Assembly: GCA_964370925.1 (NCBI GenBank) | Contig: CAYJLH010000004.1 | Location: forward strand, 3,167 to 67,166 | DNA: 64,000 bases | DNA from: an uncultured Oscillospiraceae bacterium | Lineage (GTDB): Bacteria; Bacillota; Clostridia; Oscillospirales; Oscillospiraceae | Direction of reading: 5' to 3' | Part shown: piece by piece, positions 17,320 to 27,748 of the stretch | Position numbering within the stretch: position 1 is the first letter of the stretch | How the letters are laid out: each line of letters starts with the position of its first letter | Position numbers and translations under genes: made by a program | Notes under the pieces: generated by a model | What the model was told of the DNA's origin: nothing | Databases searched by the model: none | What the model saw: the letters and a program-made list of their open reading frames with translations, nothing else

Positions 17320-19125
17320 CTACAGAATTTTCTCAACTGAAAAGACTTCAAATGGTTCACTTTTTCCTTTTAAACTTAGAGTTCCAAGCGATTTGAATTC
17401 ACCTTGGCCTTCAAGTGCATCCGCAACCGCACGACTTACCAATATTTGTCCTGATTTGGAATTGCTTTCAAGTCTTGCCGCTGTGTTAACTGTATCGCCG
17501 ATAGCTGTGTAGTCCATTCTTTTCGGAGAACCTATGTTACCGACAACAGCAGAACCAAAGTGAACACCAATACCAAAGTCAACACTATGTCCAAATTCTG
17601 CCATCAGTTCTTCTCCAAGAGCTTTTGCACCCTCTCTCATGTCAACCGCAGCTTTGACTGCAAGGTAAATCGGGTTTTCCTGTGGAAGTGGCGCTCCCCA
17701 AAATGCCATGGTGCAGTCACCGATATACTTATCAAGTGTGCCTCGATTTTGGAAAATACAGCTACTTGTTAATGTCAAATATTTATTTACTATTTCAACA
17801 ACCTGTCTTGCGTCAAGTTTTTCTGACATAGTCGTAAAGCCTCGAATGTCGACAAATAAAACAGCAATATCTTTCAAATCTCCGCCAAGTTCAAGTGCTT
17901 GTGGGTCGCCTTTTAAAAGCTCGTTTGCAATTTCAGGCGCGAGGTATCTGTGCAATGTATTTGTAACTTTTCGCTTTTCAAATGTTGCTCTTGTGTAGTT
18001 TGCTCCTACCGAAATCACGTACGCAACCGTCAGTGCTAATGGCAAATACACGATATGTATTACATATCCCGAGTTAAACGCAAAGATACAAAATCCTACG
18101 CACGCTAGGACAGACGCAAACCAAACTGCTGTCGAAATGCGTATTCCTCGGTCATAGAACCAGAAAAACGCTAAAAATGTGATTAAAAATATCGCTATTG
18201 CCTGAGGAACTTTTGATACTTCTTCTTTTAGTTCTCCGCTCAAAAGTGCTGCGACTGCGTTAGCTTGGTATTCAACTCCGTACATTTTTACAGAGTGGTC
18301 TACAGCTGTAATGTAGTCGTCCTGCATCCCCTGTGAGTATGGCCCGATTAGTACAATTTTGTCTGCAAATAGCTGTGGGTCAAGCTCTTGATATACAAGG
18401 TCTGCAATAGAAAATCCATCGTCAAACGCACCTGGCGCAGATTGATAATTCAAATACCACATATGCCTTGGGTCTGTGGGTGGAACTGCAAAATCAGTCT
18501 CGCCCTGAGATTCCATATACATATTATATACAGCGCGGTGAAACGAGGGTATTTCTCTTCCATCGGGTAAGTCAATTTGCCAAATAGCATGGCGCAAAAT
18601 TCCATCAAAGTCTAACATACCGTTGATGTGACCTTGCTCTGTGACTTCTTTTAAAGCTTCGTACGGTTCTTCATACTGCAAAACTGCAAAAGTATCCAGA
18701 TAAAAAGAGCCGTCGTCGTTTACAACAAGTTCCTCGCCAAATGTTGCCGTTGAACCTGTAACGACATTTCCATATCTTCCCGATGCTTCAACCAAGGCGG
18801 CGTCGGCGTCGGGATATTCACTTTCACCTATATAAGTCGTATCAATTCCGATTACTGCCGGGCGATTTTCGGGATCTTGATTTAAATACTCAATCGCCTC
18901 CGCCATGATATCTCTAGGCCACGGCATAGGGCCGAATTCATCAACCGCCCTTTCATCCATACCAATAAGTATTATTTCGGATGGTGGGGTTTTCGGCTGT
19001 TGGTAGGCTACGTCGGCTAACACGTTAGCCTGTGTGAGCATGATATCAGTGGAATAGAGCACTGTGAAAAACAGTGCTCCAACCGTAGCTAGCAGAAAAC
19101 GCTGAATTTGCTTGCGTTTATTCAT
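17320..19125 (-). CDS. CHASE2-domain class III adenylate/guanylate cyclase
   Basis: N-terminal TM. Periplasmic-type CHASE2 pattern (IILIGMDERAVDEFGPMPWPRD). Three TMs. Cyclase core (VLFVDIRGFTTMSE, KYIGDCTMAFWG, IGDTVNTAARLES). Confidence 0.85.
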   Translation of the reverse strand: MNKRKQIQRFLLATVGALFFTVLYSTDIMLTQANVLADVAYQQPKTPPSEIILIGMDERAVDEFGPMPWPRDIMAEAIEYLNQDPENRPAVIGIDTTYIGESEYPDADAALVEASGRYGNVVTGSTATFGEELVVNDDGSFYLDTFAVLQYEEPYEALKEVTEQGHINGMLDFDGILRHAIWQIDLPDGREIPSFHRAVYNMYMESQGETDFAVPPTDPRHMWYLNYQSAPGAFDDGFSIADLVYQELDPQLFADKIVLIGPYSQGMQDDYITAVDHSVKMYGVEYQANAVAALLSGELKEEVSKVPQAIAIFLITFLAFFWFYDRGIRISTAVWFASVLACVGFCIFAFNSGYVIHIVYLPLALTVAYVISVGANYTRATFEKRKVTNTLHRYLAPEIANELLKGDPQALELGGDLKDIAVLFVDIRGFTTMSEKLDARQVVEIVNKYLTLTSSCIFQNRGTLDKYIGDCTMAFWGAPLPQENPIYLAVKAAVDMREGAKALGEELMAEFGHSVDFGIGVHFGSAVVGNIGSPKRMDYTAIGDTVNTAARLESNSKSGQILVSRAVADALEGQGEFKSLGTLSLKGKSEPFEVFSVEKIL

Positions 19126-19148
19126 TTTAGCTCCTTTTAGTCATATCA

Positions 19149-21707
19149 TTAATAATTTGTCATAATAAAATATCCTGAAGCATCGGCATTATCTGCCACT
19201 GTTCCACCGCTAGAAATAACATCCGTTTTATCTTTCGCCCTTGCAACCGCAGCTGCATAGGCATAAGTTATACTTGGACTTCCAGACATAATATCAACAG
19301 CATATCCTTCACCGACTGTATCTTTTGTGATAAATCCCTTTACGAAGTTGAGAGTTGATGTGCCATCTTCTAGTGATACCGCCGAGCCATCTGTACTTGA
19401 ATTTGATATTTCTACACCATTAATTGTCAATTCACTTCCCGAAGAAACCAAAACAGTTTTATCATCACTAGAAATTAGTTTTCCATTTCCACCGACTATG
19501 GTCACATCATTATCTATTGTCATACGTGCTTCTTGAGTATCTGATGGGTTCACTCCCAAGTCGAATGTAAAGCCTCCAAGATTTAATTCTATTTCATTAT
19601 CGATAATCAAACCATTAAATGAATCAGAGAGCGCAGTATTTTCGTATAAGCTGATAGTATCACCATCTACAGCACTGTCAAAAACCGCTTGTAGACTTTG
19701 CTCATACATGTATCCATTGCCTCTTTCTCCATCAAATCTCATTGAAATAAGGTCAACATTATTAGATAATTTAGATATTAACCCAGAAGTTTTTAGCAAG
19801 AATAATTCACCAACATTCGACACTAGGCAACCATTAAATTCAACATCACCACTGCCACTATCAAAAACACCTGTATTTTCTAGTGTCTTATCCGACAATG
19901 TAATATCACCTTTATTTATTATTGTCCCTGTGTTATGAAGTTGGACTCCGGCTGGTGCAGTCAATTCACCCCCAACTGTTAAGGTGCCATAAGCTTCATT
20001 TGTAAATCTACCAGCATTTCCAAATCCACCATTGGCTGTTACATCACCGTTGTTTACAACTGTTCCAAAGGTAGATGCAGCATTGTCTTCAAGATTTAAG
20101 AACGAACCCTCAGTTTCGACAGTACCGTTCAAAGTCATCACACCTTGGTTTTGGATTTGATTAGCTGTGATACTTGCAGAATTTCCGTTTGTAAACTCAC
20201 CACCAAAATCATTTAGAAAAACATCTGCAACTTCAATTTTTCCTTGGTTTGTGATTTTTCCTACGGAGCGTAAATCTTGTGAAACTTTTATTTCTGATAA
20301 AGCTGTATTGTTTGTAATTTCACCATTGTTATAACAGGTCATCTTGCTCGCATCAGAATTTGTAATTTCCAATATTCCGTCGTTTGAAAGTATGCCCTCT
20401 TCAACAGATAATTGATTTACAGTTAGTTTGTCACCTGATGAAATGTAAACTCTGGCTGACTTGCCAAGGCTTGTCGAACCAACATACAAGACATCTTCTA
20501 ATGTTGCATTTCCATTTAAAATAAAGCTGTTATTGCTTAGAATAAATGTTTGAATTCCAGCACCTATTTTAAGTTCACCACCATCAGAAACGACAAGTGA
20601 ACCCTCAACTTGAATTTGTGGAGTTCCTGATGCTGCAATGAATTCAACATCCGCACCCGACTGAATATAAACACCTTTTCCTGTTGGAATTAGTGCAGAT
20701 TCACTAATTGTAATGTCTTTTTCTCCTGAAATTACAACATTTTTAACACCCTCAACACTTAGCTGAGTTATTAGTTCTTCAAATGTAGAGCCTGTAAAGA
20801 GTACTGTGGGTGATACATTTCCATCGCTATCATCGTCACTGCTTCCACCGCTACTGGGTCGGCTTGGTTCTTCCTCTTCTGCGGCTTCTTCGTCTAATTT
20901 TTCGTTCTCTTCGGCCTCAACATCGATTTCAGCTTGTGCAGTTTCGACAATGGCTTCTTGTTTTTCTTCTTCCGCTTTTAATTCTTCTTGCGCATTCTCA
21001 ATTAGAGTATTCGAATCTAAACCACTTTGTTCCTGAACAACCGCTTGAAGCTCTTCGTCTTTCTCAACTTCAACTTTTACGAAAGCCGGAACTATTTCCT
21101 CTGTAAGTGGAGTGATTTCGGGCGCATTTCCGCTTTGTTCTTCGACACTGGCTTTGAAGCCCGCTTCTAAAATTTCTGTTTCGACTTCTGTTGTCCCTTG
21201 CTTTACAGAACTGACTTCAACGCGACCCGAAAGCAAAGAAACTTCACTGCCATTTTCATTCAATTCAACAAATCCTGATGTCCCTCTGATACCTGTAACC
21301 ATACTAGACGTTCTGACTGTCATGGTTTCGGTTTCTTTAAGAGGCGCTGTTACATTGAAAAATAGCTTTCCTGTTGACAGTAAAAGCTCAAGCTGTTCGC
21401 CTTTCTTTTTAACTGTGCAAGTTGTCAATGAGTCGAGCTTCACGACCTTATCATCATCAAGGCTTATATAAGCATAGCTTGAAGATGAAGTTGTGATTTT
21501 ATACCCATTATTGAGTTTCATTCCCTCTCTTGCGGTTATCGTGTTGCCTGCTGCGTTTTTTAAAGTTATAGTTCCCTCTATAACTTCAAGGCGCAAAGTT
21601 GATGAAACTGCGCTGTCCGCAGCTATAGCCACTGTTCCCAAAAGCATTGCAACTATTAGGAAAATTGCAACTGATTTGGAAGCACCGGCAAGTTTTGATT
21701 GATGCAT
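19149..21707 (-). CDS. exported FecR-domain protein with acidic linker and long beta-helix-like repeat region
   Basis: Start at ATG 21707 (RBS AGGGGGA). Signal/anchor sequence. FecR-like N-domain (GYKITTSSSSYAYISLDDDKVVKL...VRTSSMVTGIRGT). Glu/Asp-rich linker. Repeats of the xNxGxIxxxG type. Confidence 0.65.
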   Translation of the reverse strand: MHQSKLAGASKSVAIFLIVAMLLGTVAIAADSAVSSTLRLEVIEGTITLKNAAGNTITAREGMKLNNGYKITTSSSSYAYISLDDDKVVKLDSLTTCTVKKKGEQLELLLSTGKLFFNVTAPLKETETMTVRTSSMVTGIRGTSGFVELNENGSEVSLLSGRVEVSSVKQGTTEVETEILEAGFKASVEEQSGNAPEITPLTEEIVPAFVKVEVEKDEELQAVVQEQSGLDSNTLIENAQEELKAEEEKQEAIVETAQAEIDVEAEENEKLDEEAAEEEEPSRPSSGGSSDDDSDGNVSPTVLFTGSTFEELITQLSVEGVKNVVISGEKDITISESALIPTGKGVYIQSGADVEFIAASGTPQIQVEGSLVVSDGGELKIGAGIQTFILSNNSFILNGNATLEDVLYVGSTSLGKSARVYISSGDKLTVNQLSVEEGILSNDGILEITNSDASKMTCYNNGEITNNTALSEIKVSQDLRSVGKITNQGKIEVADVFLNDFGGEFTNGNSASITANQIQNQGVMTLNGTVETEGSFLNLEDNAASTFGTVVNNGDVTANGGFGNAGRFTNEAYGTLTVGGELTAPAGVQLHNTGTIINKGDITLSDKTLENTGVFDSGSGDVEFNGCLVSNVGELFLLKTSGLISKLSNNVDLISMRFDGERGNGYMYEQSLQAVFDSAVDGDTISLYENTALSDSFNGLIIDNEIELNLGGFTFDLGVNPSDTQEARMTIDNDVTIVGGNGKLISSDDKTVLVSSGSELTINGVEISNSSTDGSAVSLEDGTSTLNFVKGFITKDTVGEGYAVDIMSGSPSITYAYAAAVARAKDKTDVISSGGTVADNADASGYFIMTNY

Positions 21708-21735
21708 TTGTTTTTTCCCCCTAAAACTTTTCAAG

Positions 21736-23184
21736 TTAAATATAAAGTGCTTTTTCCCAAGCACGACTATCCGCAAACAGTCTGAATAATTCTCGATCGA
21801 GTTTTCCCTCTTCGACCATTTCTGCCAAAATTATCAGAGCTTTTTCAGGTGAAACACCGCTTTTATATGGTCTATCCAATGCAGTTATCCCCTCAAATAT
21901 ATCCAAAATTGTCAAAAGCCTTGTTTCCATGTCTAGTGTTTCACCACTTTTGCAGTCGGGATAGCCTGTCCCGTCTAAAAACTCATGGTGCGCCCCTGCC
22001 CATTTCGGTACATTTTTATAGTCACCGTCAAACCTAATTTTTTCAAGTATATCGCGAGTGACTCTTACATGGCTTTCCATTACCTGTCTTTCCGTCGCTG
22101 TCAACGTGCCTTTTCTGATACACAGTGCATCGATTTCATCCTCTGTCAGCCAAGTACATTCCTCGCCATGTTGGTTTGTATATTTACGTCTGCCCAATGC
22201 AATTATTTCCTCGAGTCGTGAATCTTCAACATATCCCATGGAATTAATTACAATAACTTGCTCTCTTGCATAGTTTAGCTCTTCTAAAAACTTTGTGCAG
22301 TCTTTCTGTTGTTCCAAGGCTTCGACCTTACCCAGAAGCGCAATTATGTCAAATCTTGTCATAATCTCTTCCAATTTTTCTTCAAGCCTTGTTCCCTTGT
22401 TCATAACTTCAAGCGGTATGACAAGTTTTCCAACATCATGTAGCCAAATACTCATCAAAAATTGGCGTCTGTGTCGCTCATCAAATTTAATGCTTGAATT
22501 TATTTCATCCAAATAGTCCATGAAAGCATTGGCATATTTAACCATATTCGTCGTGTGATGGACATTATATGGTGTTCTATGGTAAATTACAGTTGAAAAA
22601 GTCTCAACAATAGACTCCATCAAGTCCTGCATTTTTCTTGTGTAATTCATATTCGTAAGGCTTACAGCCGCTTGTGATGCCAAAGCAAGCAAAATAATTT
22701 CGCTCTCAGGGATAAATGCAATAGTCACATCATCCTCATCTTTTGCATTAATCAACTGCATAACGCCAATGATTTCGCCCCTGTCATTTTCCATAGGAAC
22801 AACCATCATAGATTTAGTTACATAACCTGTTAAAGAATCGTAACGAATAGGCCCTGAGAAGTCGAAAAGTTCACTTCTTCTAACATCAGGGATATTCACC
22901 AAACGATTTTCAAGCACAGAATAAGCGCAGACATGCGAGTGATTTAGGGCAACAGGCGGTAAGTCAATTTTTCCGTGTACGCCACCCTTTAAAATATCGA
23001 GCGACTTTGTCACCATCACTTTAAATTCAAGTGCATCATTTTCTAAAATATATATCGTTCCACCATCACATTGAGTGATGCTCATTGCTTCTGTCAATAT
23101 GCGTTCCAAAAGTCGGTCGCCGTTTTTCTCAACCGCCATTGCAATATTTAAAGCTAAAAGTCTATGGATACTTACACCTTTCAT
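21736..23184 (-). CDS. GAF-domain HD-GYP phosphodiesterase
   Basis: GAF-like N-terminus (GGTIYILEND...GVMQLINA). HD (WLHDVGKL) and HHEFLDGTGYP motifs. Confidence 0.85.
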   Translation of the reverse strand: MKGVSIHRLLALNIAMAVEKNGDRLLERILTEAMSITQCDGGTIYILENDALEFKVMVTKSLDILKGGVHGKIDLPPVALNHSHVCAYSVLENRLVNIPDVRRSELFDFSGPIRYDSLTGYVTKSMMVVPMENDRGEIIGVMQLINAKDEDDVTIAFIPESEIILLALASQAAVSLTNMNYTRKMQDLMESIVETFSTVIYHRTPYNVHHTTNMVKYANAFMDYLDEINSSIKFDERHRRQFLMSIWLHDVGKLVIPLEVMNKGTRLEEKLEEIMTRFDIIALLGKVEALEQQKDCTKFLEELNYAREQVIVINSMGYVEDSRLEEIIALGRRKYTNQHGEECTWLTEDEIDALCIRKGTLTATERQVMESHVRVTRDILEKIRFDGDYKNVPKWAGAHHEFLDGTGYPDCKSGETLDMETRLLTILDIFEGITALDRPYKSGVSPEKALIILAEMVEEGKLDRELFRLFADSRAWEKALYI

Positions 23185-23987
23185 ATGGAGAAAACCTCCC
23201 CTCTTTTTGCGAAAAAGCTATTTTCCATCTCGGATTTCAGCTTATTTTCCTCAAATTTGAGTTCGTCATCGGTGCGATTTGGGTCGTGGTGGAAAATACA
23301 AAGGTGCTCAGCGCCGGCTTCCTTTGCTAGTTTTGCCGTTGTCATTATACTAGAATGACCAAAACCTCTGTGAGTTTCAAGCTCCTCTTCCGTATACTGT
23401 CCATCGCAAATTAAAAGTGAGCAGTTTTTTGCAAACTCAATAAGCTTGCCACGGCTGTTTTCCGTAATTTCATAATCGGTTGAATACACCAAGGTTTTTC
23501 CGTCATAACTGATTTTATAGGCGGTACAACCACCGGGGTGTTGACCTTCCATGATTTCTATTTCAACATCGCCAATAGAAAATCCACCTGTAAGCTCTTT
23601 AAATTCAACTTTCGATGTAAATGCACCAGAATCAACCGCCCAAAGTGGAGGTTTCATCAGAGTTTCAAGTTGCTCCCTCGGCCCTCCGACTGCACGTTTC
23701 ACCGCATAAATCGTCACTTGGCAGTTTTCGTTATACAATATTCTTGAAATAGGCAGACCCAACAAATGGTCAGCATGGGGATGTGAAATCAAAATATGTA
23801 GATTATTTTCGTTTTCCTTTAGCAGAGCAGGTAAAGAAACAAAACCACTGCCCGCGTCCAAAACTATGCATTGTTCGCCAACACGCAAAAACACACATGC
23901 CGTCGCCCCTCCGTATTCAGAGTACATAGGCCCATCAATGGGAACTGAACCACGCGCTCCGAGTATTGTGGCTTCGAATTTTCGCAT
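23181..23987 (-). CDS. metallo-beta-lactamase-fold hydrolase
   Basis: HxHxDH motif (ISHPHADHLLG). ATG 23987 after GGAG. ATGA-type overlap with the HD-GYP gene. Confidence 0.8.
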   Translation of the reverse strand: MRKFEATILGARGSVPIDGPMYSEYGGATACVFLRVGEQCIVLDAGSGFVSLPALLKENENNLHILISHPHADHLLGLPISRILYNENCQVTIYAVKRAVGGPREQLETLMKPPLWAVDSGAFTSKVEFKELTGGFSIGDVEIEIMEGQHPGGCTAYKISYDGKTLVYSTDYEITENSRGKLIEFAKNCSLLICDGQYTEEELETHRGFGHSSIMTTAKLAKEAGAEHLCIFHHDPNRTDDELKFEENKLKSEMENSFFAKRGEVFSI

Positions 23988-24141
23988 TAACAATCTCCTT
24001 TTATTATAAATAGTATTATTTTATATTTTCAAAAAATTTTTATTAAGACCAGACAATATTTTATCATAACTCGCGAATTTTGAAAAGACGTTATGTGTGA
24101 ACATTTCGATAATTTTCGCCAAAATTCGTAAGTTTTTCTTG

Positions 24142-25653
24142 TTACTGTTTATACGTTCCATCAGTATCGACTATAACTGCACCGATACTCTCGTCCCAGA
24201 CTAGCGAAAAGTCAATAATTTCCGCTAAATCCCTAAGTTTTATGAAGTTATTTCCATTTATATTGTACGCTGTTGGCGACACAATTTCTGAGTTAAATTC
24301 GAGCTGTGAATTACTCAAAGCAAAGGATGACGGCGCACCCTGAGCGAGTGATGCCATTTCTCCACCGACCGTGCTATATTCACTGTTCGGCATAATAGAA
24401 ACCATGTTTTGTGAAGCAACCCAATTTACTGCAAATTGCTTCTCTGTTCCGTCCAGCACATAGGCAAGGTCACGCAATTTTACATAGTTATTTCCTGAAA
24501 CATTATAGGTCGGAAACTTCACAAGTTCTCCATTTACATAAACATCTGATGAAGTTGGAATTGCAGCTGTTTTAGTGAATACCAAAACAGACGCAAGCTC
24601 TCGCCCTGCGCTTGTCACAAATGAACCATTTTCATAGAGCATACTCGATGCTCCTCCGTCAAGGCTCATTGCATTTGTTGCGCCAATTGATTGTAAATAG
24701 CTTGCAATTTGTGCAAACGATGCTGTTCCTGTGCCTAGGACAACACTTCCGTCGGACATTGTTGCGACAAAACTTCTCTGTAAAACAGATGTAGCATTTT
24801 GTTTTGGGTCTGCGTCTAGGGATGCGTTGTATGAAGAGTTACCATTTACATTTTGCCCATTGTGGATTAACATTCTTCCGCCACCCACAATATCAACTCC
24901 ACTGCCCGAAAGCGAGCCACCAGAATAGCTTATGCTCGGTTTAAACTCCACACTGCTTCCAACAGAGGGCACCATGCCCCACGCAGAATGTGAACTTCTT
25001 GAACCTGCATTGAAAACAAGCAAAGCTTGACCACTTTGCAAAGTCACGCTTTGACCTTCTGAATAAGTAGTTGAAACCATACCATTTTGAATTAGATAAG
25101 CCGTTGCACCACTTCCAACTGTGTATGGCAAGGTCATTTCATCTGTTATTTTTATTATTGCCTCTGAATTTTCATTTTTTCCGTTAACTGTCCAGATATT
25201 AGCCGGACCATTTCCATTTACGTATGCTTGAGGTGTGATATCAACTCTGTCAATGATTGCCTTTCCATCTTGTGTCAAAATCAAGGCATTGTGCTCACCA
25301 CCGCCGGCGAGAACTTCCCCGTTTTGCACTAGGTTTGTCAAAATCAGTGGGCAATTGTCAGGAAAAGTAATATTTGAATCACTGTAATATGAGTTGAAAA
25401 ATAATCCGTTGACAGCTGCAACCACATTTTTGCCGCTACCTGCCGCTGTATTAATAAATTCTGATGCTGAAATGTCATGATTTACTGAACCATAGGCGGT
25501 CATAACTTCGCCTATAACCGTTCCATCCATCGGAACTCTAACAATATTTAGTGAACTACCACCTGCCGAAACTGTTTCGTATGCTGATGCCGAAATCGAA
25601 AGCGCCGAAAAGCATAAAGTTAAACCCATAAGCAAACTCAAAATTTTTTTCAT
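24142..25653 (-). CDS. secreted phosphodiester glycosidase (NAGPA/DUF2233-like) with copper-amine-oxidase-N-like repeats
   Basis: Signal peptide. AAVNGLFFNS...MSLDGGASSML pattern. Two C-terminal YVKLRDLA/FIKLRDLA stalk repeats. Confidence 0.65.
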   Translation of the reverse strand: MKKILSLLMGLTLCFSALSISASAYETVSAGGSSLNIVRVPMDGTVIGEVMTAYGSVNHDISASEFINTAAGSGKNVVAAVNGLFFNSYYSDSNITFPDNCPLILTNLVQNGEVLAGGGEHNALILTQDGKAIIDRVDITPQAYVNGNGPANIWTVNGKNENSEAIIKITDEMTLPYTVGSGATAYLIQNGMVSTTYSEGQSVTLQSGQALLVFNAGSRSSHSAWGMVPSVGSSVEFKPSISYSGGSLSGSGVDIVGGGRMLIHNGQNVNGNSSYNASLDADPKQNATSVLQRSFVATMSDGSVVLGTGTASFAQIASYLQSIGATNAMSLDGGASSMLYENGSFVTSAGRELASVLVFTKTAAIPTSSDVYVNGELVKFPTYNVSGNNYVKLRDLAYVLDGTEKQFAVNWVASQNMVSIMPNSEYSTVGGEMASLAQGAPSSFALSNSQLEFNSEIVSPTAYNINGNNFIKLRDLAEIIDFSLVWDESIGAVIVDTDGTYKQ

Positions 25654-25795
25654 GACAGTTATTACCTTTCAAAACATATTGTAATTTTATTATTTTTCCA
25701 CTATGAAAATTATATCACTTTTTTTCTTCGTTGTAAACAATATATACTAGACTTTACTCATTTTCTGTAGTAAAATTGGTAAAGGTGGTGATTAT

Positions 25796-26302
25796 ATGAA
25801 ATGTACAAACTGTAATGAAGAATTCAGCATCAAACTTGACAGATGCCCATATTGTAAACAGGAAGTTATCACCTATGTTGTAAAGGAAGAGCAGTTTGTA
25901 AATCGTGGAAGAGTTAGAAATAACTGGGTAAAAGAGATGATAGACAGACCATATTTAAACGCACTTTTAGCCTCGAGTTTTGCAATTGTCTTATACAAGA
26001 GTGCAGATTTGTTTTATGTCTGGAGCAATCCTTTTTCTCTTGTTCCATTTATTGTAGTTTTATATACCCTCATATATTTCGTAATCCCATGGCTTTATTC
26101 GGATGCAATAATCCTCACAATGGCTTATATATACGAAGTTAAATACGGCACAGAAATTTTCGATTGGAAAGAAAAAAAAATTCAAATTGCCTGCTTTGCC
26201 ATACTCCCCTTCTATGTAAATGCGGTTTATATGATACTGAGCTTTGCTCTCATCATCGTATTTTTAATCGTAAAGCTTGTTTACAGAACAACGAGAAAAT
26301 AA
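25796..26302 (+). CDS. zinc-ribbon membrane protein, function unknown
   Basis: CTNC...CPYC N-terminus followed by ~4 hydrophobic segments. Confidence 0.5.
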   Translation: MKCTNCNEEFSIKLDRCPYCKQEVITYVVKEEQFVNRGRVRNNWVKEMIDRPYLNALLASSFAIVLYKSADLFYVWSNPFSLVPFIVVLYTLIYFVIPWLYSDAIILTMAYIYEVKYGTEIFDWKEKKIQIACFAILPFYVNAVYMILSFALIIVFLIVKLVYRTTRK

Positions 26303-26307
26303 AAAAC

Positions 26308-26358
26308 ACCGCAAGAATAAAGTTTCATTAGAAATTTTGTGCTTGCGGTATTATTTTT
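26308..26358. terminator. bidirectional terminator hairpin
   Basis: ACCGCAAG...CTTGCGGT flanked by an A-run and a T-run, between convergent genes. Confidence 0.6.
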
Positions 26359-26362
26359 GCAA

Positions 26363-27748
26363 TTAATGCTCTAGTTTTTTATCCGAAATTTTCGAGATTA
26401 CATTTTTGTTAATTCTAATTAGAAAAATCACACCTAGCGAGAGTGACATGAGTTCAGCAATTGGAATCGCCCACCAAACTGCATTTAGGTTTCCTGTCAA
26501 CGACAGCAAATAAGCTGCGGGTAAAAGTACAACAAGTTGTCTGCAAAACGACATTATCATACTGTACACTCCATTTCCCAAACCTTGGAAAACACCCGAG
26601 CTTGCCATACAAAATCCTCCAAACACATAGCTCAGAGCACCGACACGCATGGCAACTCTACCAATTTCTAGCATATCCTCCGACGCATCAAAGAGTAGCA
26701 ACAATTGGTCTGGAAATAATTGAAACACAACAAGTCCAACTAGCATCAAAGCTTCTGCATATAGTATGGCGAGTTTTATTGTTTTCTTAATCCTATCGCC
26801 GTTTCCGGCGCCGTAGTTATATGCAATTATAGGAATAACACCGCTGTTTAGTCCTAAAACAGGTAAAACAAAAAGGCTTTGAATTTTGAAATATATTCCA
26901 AGTATGGCAGTAGCTGTTTCAGTGAATGAAATTAAAATCAAGCTCAATCCATAAGATGTGACAGAACCAATCGACTGCATAATTATTGACGGCAAGCCAA
27001 CTTTGTAAATCGTTAGTATTGTCTTTTTATCTGGATATAGATTTTTCTTTTCGACCTTAATCTCATGGTTATATTTAATATTGAGCCAAATTCCCAGAGC
27101 CGCAGCAACCGCTTGACCTATAACAGTGGCAATAGCCGCACCCGAAATTCCAAGCTCAGGAAATCCGAACATACCAAAAATCAAAATTGGGTCTAAGATA
27201 ATATTGATTATAGCACCAACACCTTGAATAACCATGGATAAAACTGTTCGCCCTGTTGCCTGTAGCAATCGTTCGGTTATAATTTGAAAAAACACACCAA
27301 ACGAAAAAACACTGCAAATCATGAGGTACTCTGTTCCAAGTTCGACAATTTCCGTATTATCAGTTATGCTTCTGAAATAAACACCGCTGAAAAGCAGTCC
27401 TAATACTACAAAAAGCAATGAATTTATTATCGCAGTGAAATAACCATTGCCCGCAGTTTTGTTTACACTTTCATTGTCTTTTGCTCCGAGTGAGCGCGAA
27501 AGCGACGAGTTCATACCAACCGCTGCACCAACACCCATAGCGATTATTATAATTTGTACAGGGAAGGCAAGTGATACCGCTGTCAGTGCATTTTCCGAAA
27601 GTCGACTTACGAAAATGCTGTCAACGACATTATACAAAGCTTGAATTAGCATTGAAATAATAATAGGTGTTGACATAGTTATCAAAAGTTTTCCAACCGG
27701 AAGCGTGCCCATTTTGTTTTCTGCTACTGTTTTTAAATTGTTAGACAT
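26363..27748 (-). CDS. MATE family efflux transporter
   Basis: 461 aa, 12-TM pattern, typical MATE N-terminus (LLITMSTPIIISMLIQALYNVVDSIFV). Confidence 0.9.
   Translation of the reverse strand: MSNNLKTVAENKMGTLPVGKLLITMSTPIIISMLIQALYNVVDSIFVSRLSENALTAVSLAFPVQIIIIAMGVGAAVGMNSSLSRSLGAKDNESVNKTAGNGYFTAIINSLLFVVLGLLFSGVYFRSITDNTEIVELGTEYLMICSVFSFGVFFQIITERLLQATGRTVLSMVIQGVGAIINIILDPILIFGMFGFPELGISGAAIATVIGQAVAAALGIWLNIKYNHEIKVEKKNLYPDKKTILTIYKVGLPSIIMQSIGSVTSYGLSLILISFTETATAILGIYFKIQSLFVLPVLGLNSGVIPIIAYNYGAGNGDRIKKTIKLAILYAEALMLVGLVVFQLFPDQLLLLFDASEDMLEIGRVAMRVGALSYVFGGFCMASSGVFQGLGNGVYSMIMSFCRQLVVLLPAAYLLSLTGNLNAVWWAIPIAELMSLSLGVIFLIRINKNVISKISDKKLEH

Noticed and set aside
20806-21106. Ser/Leu-rich plus-strand ORFs inside the FecR-like gene, and many similar 60-130-aa antisense ORFs throughout the track
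   Set aside because: They are low-complexity mirror images of longer, motif-bearing genes on the opposite strand. They lack an RBS or any independent support.
23181-23987. Assigning the MBL-fold protein as a class II cAMP phosphodiesterase
   Set aside because: The HxHxDH motif is common to all MBL-fold enzymes, and the longer class II PDE signature is only partly matched (HPHADHLLGLP). I keep this only as a hypothesis within the signalling-operon finding.
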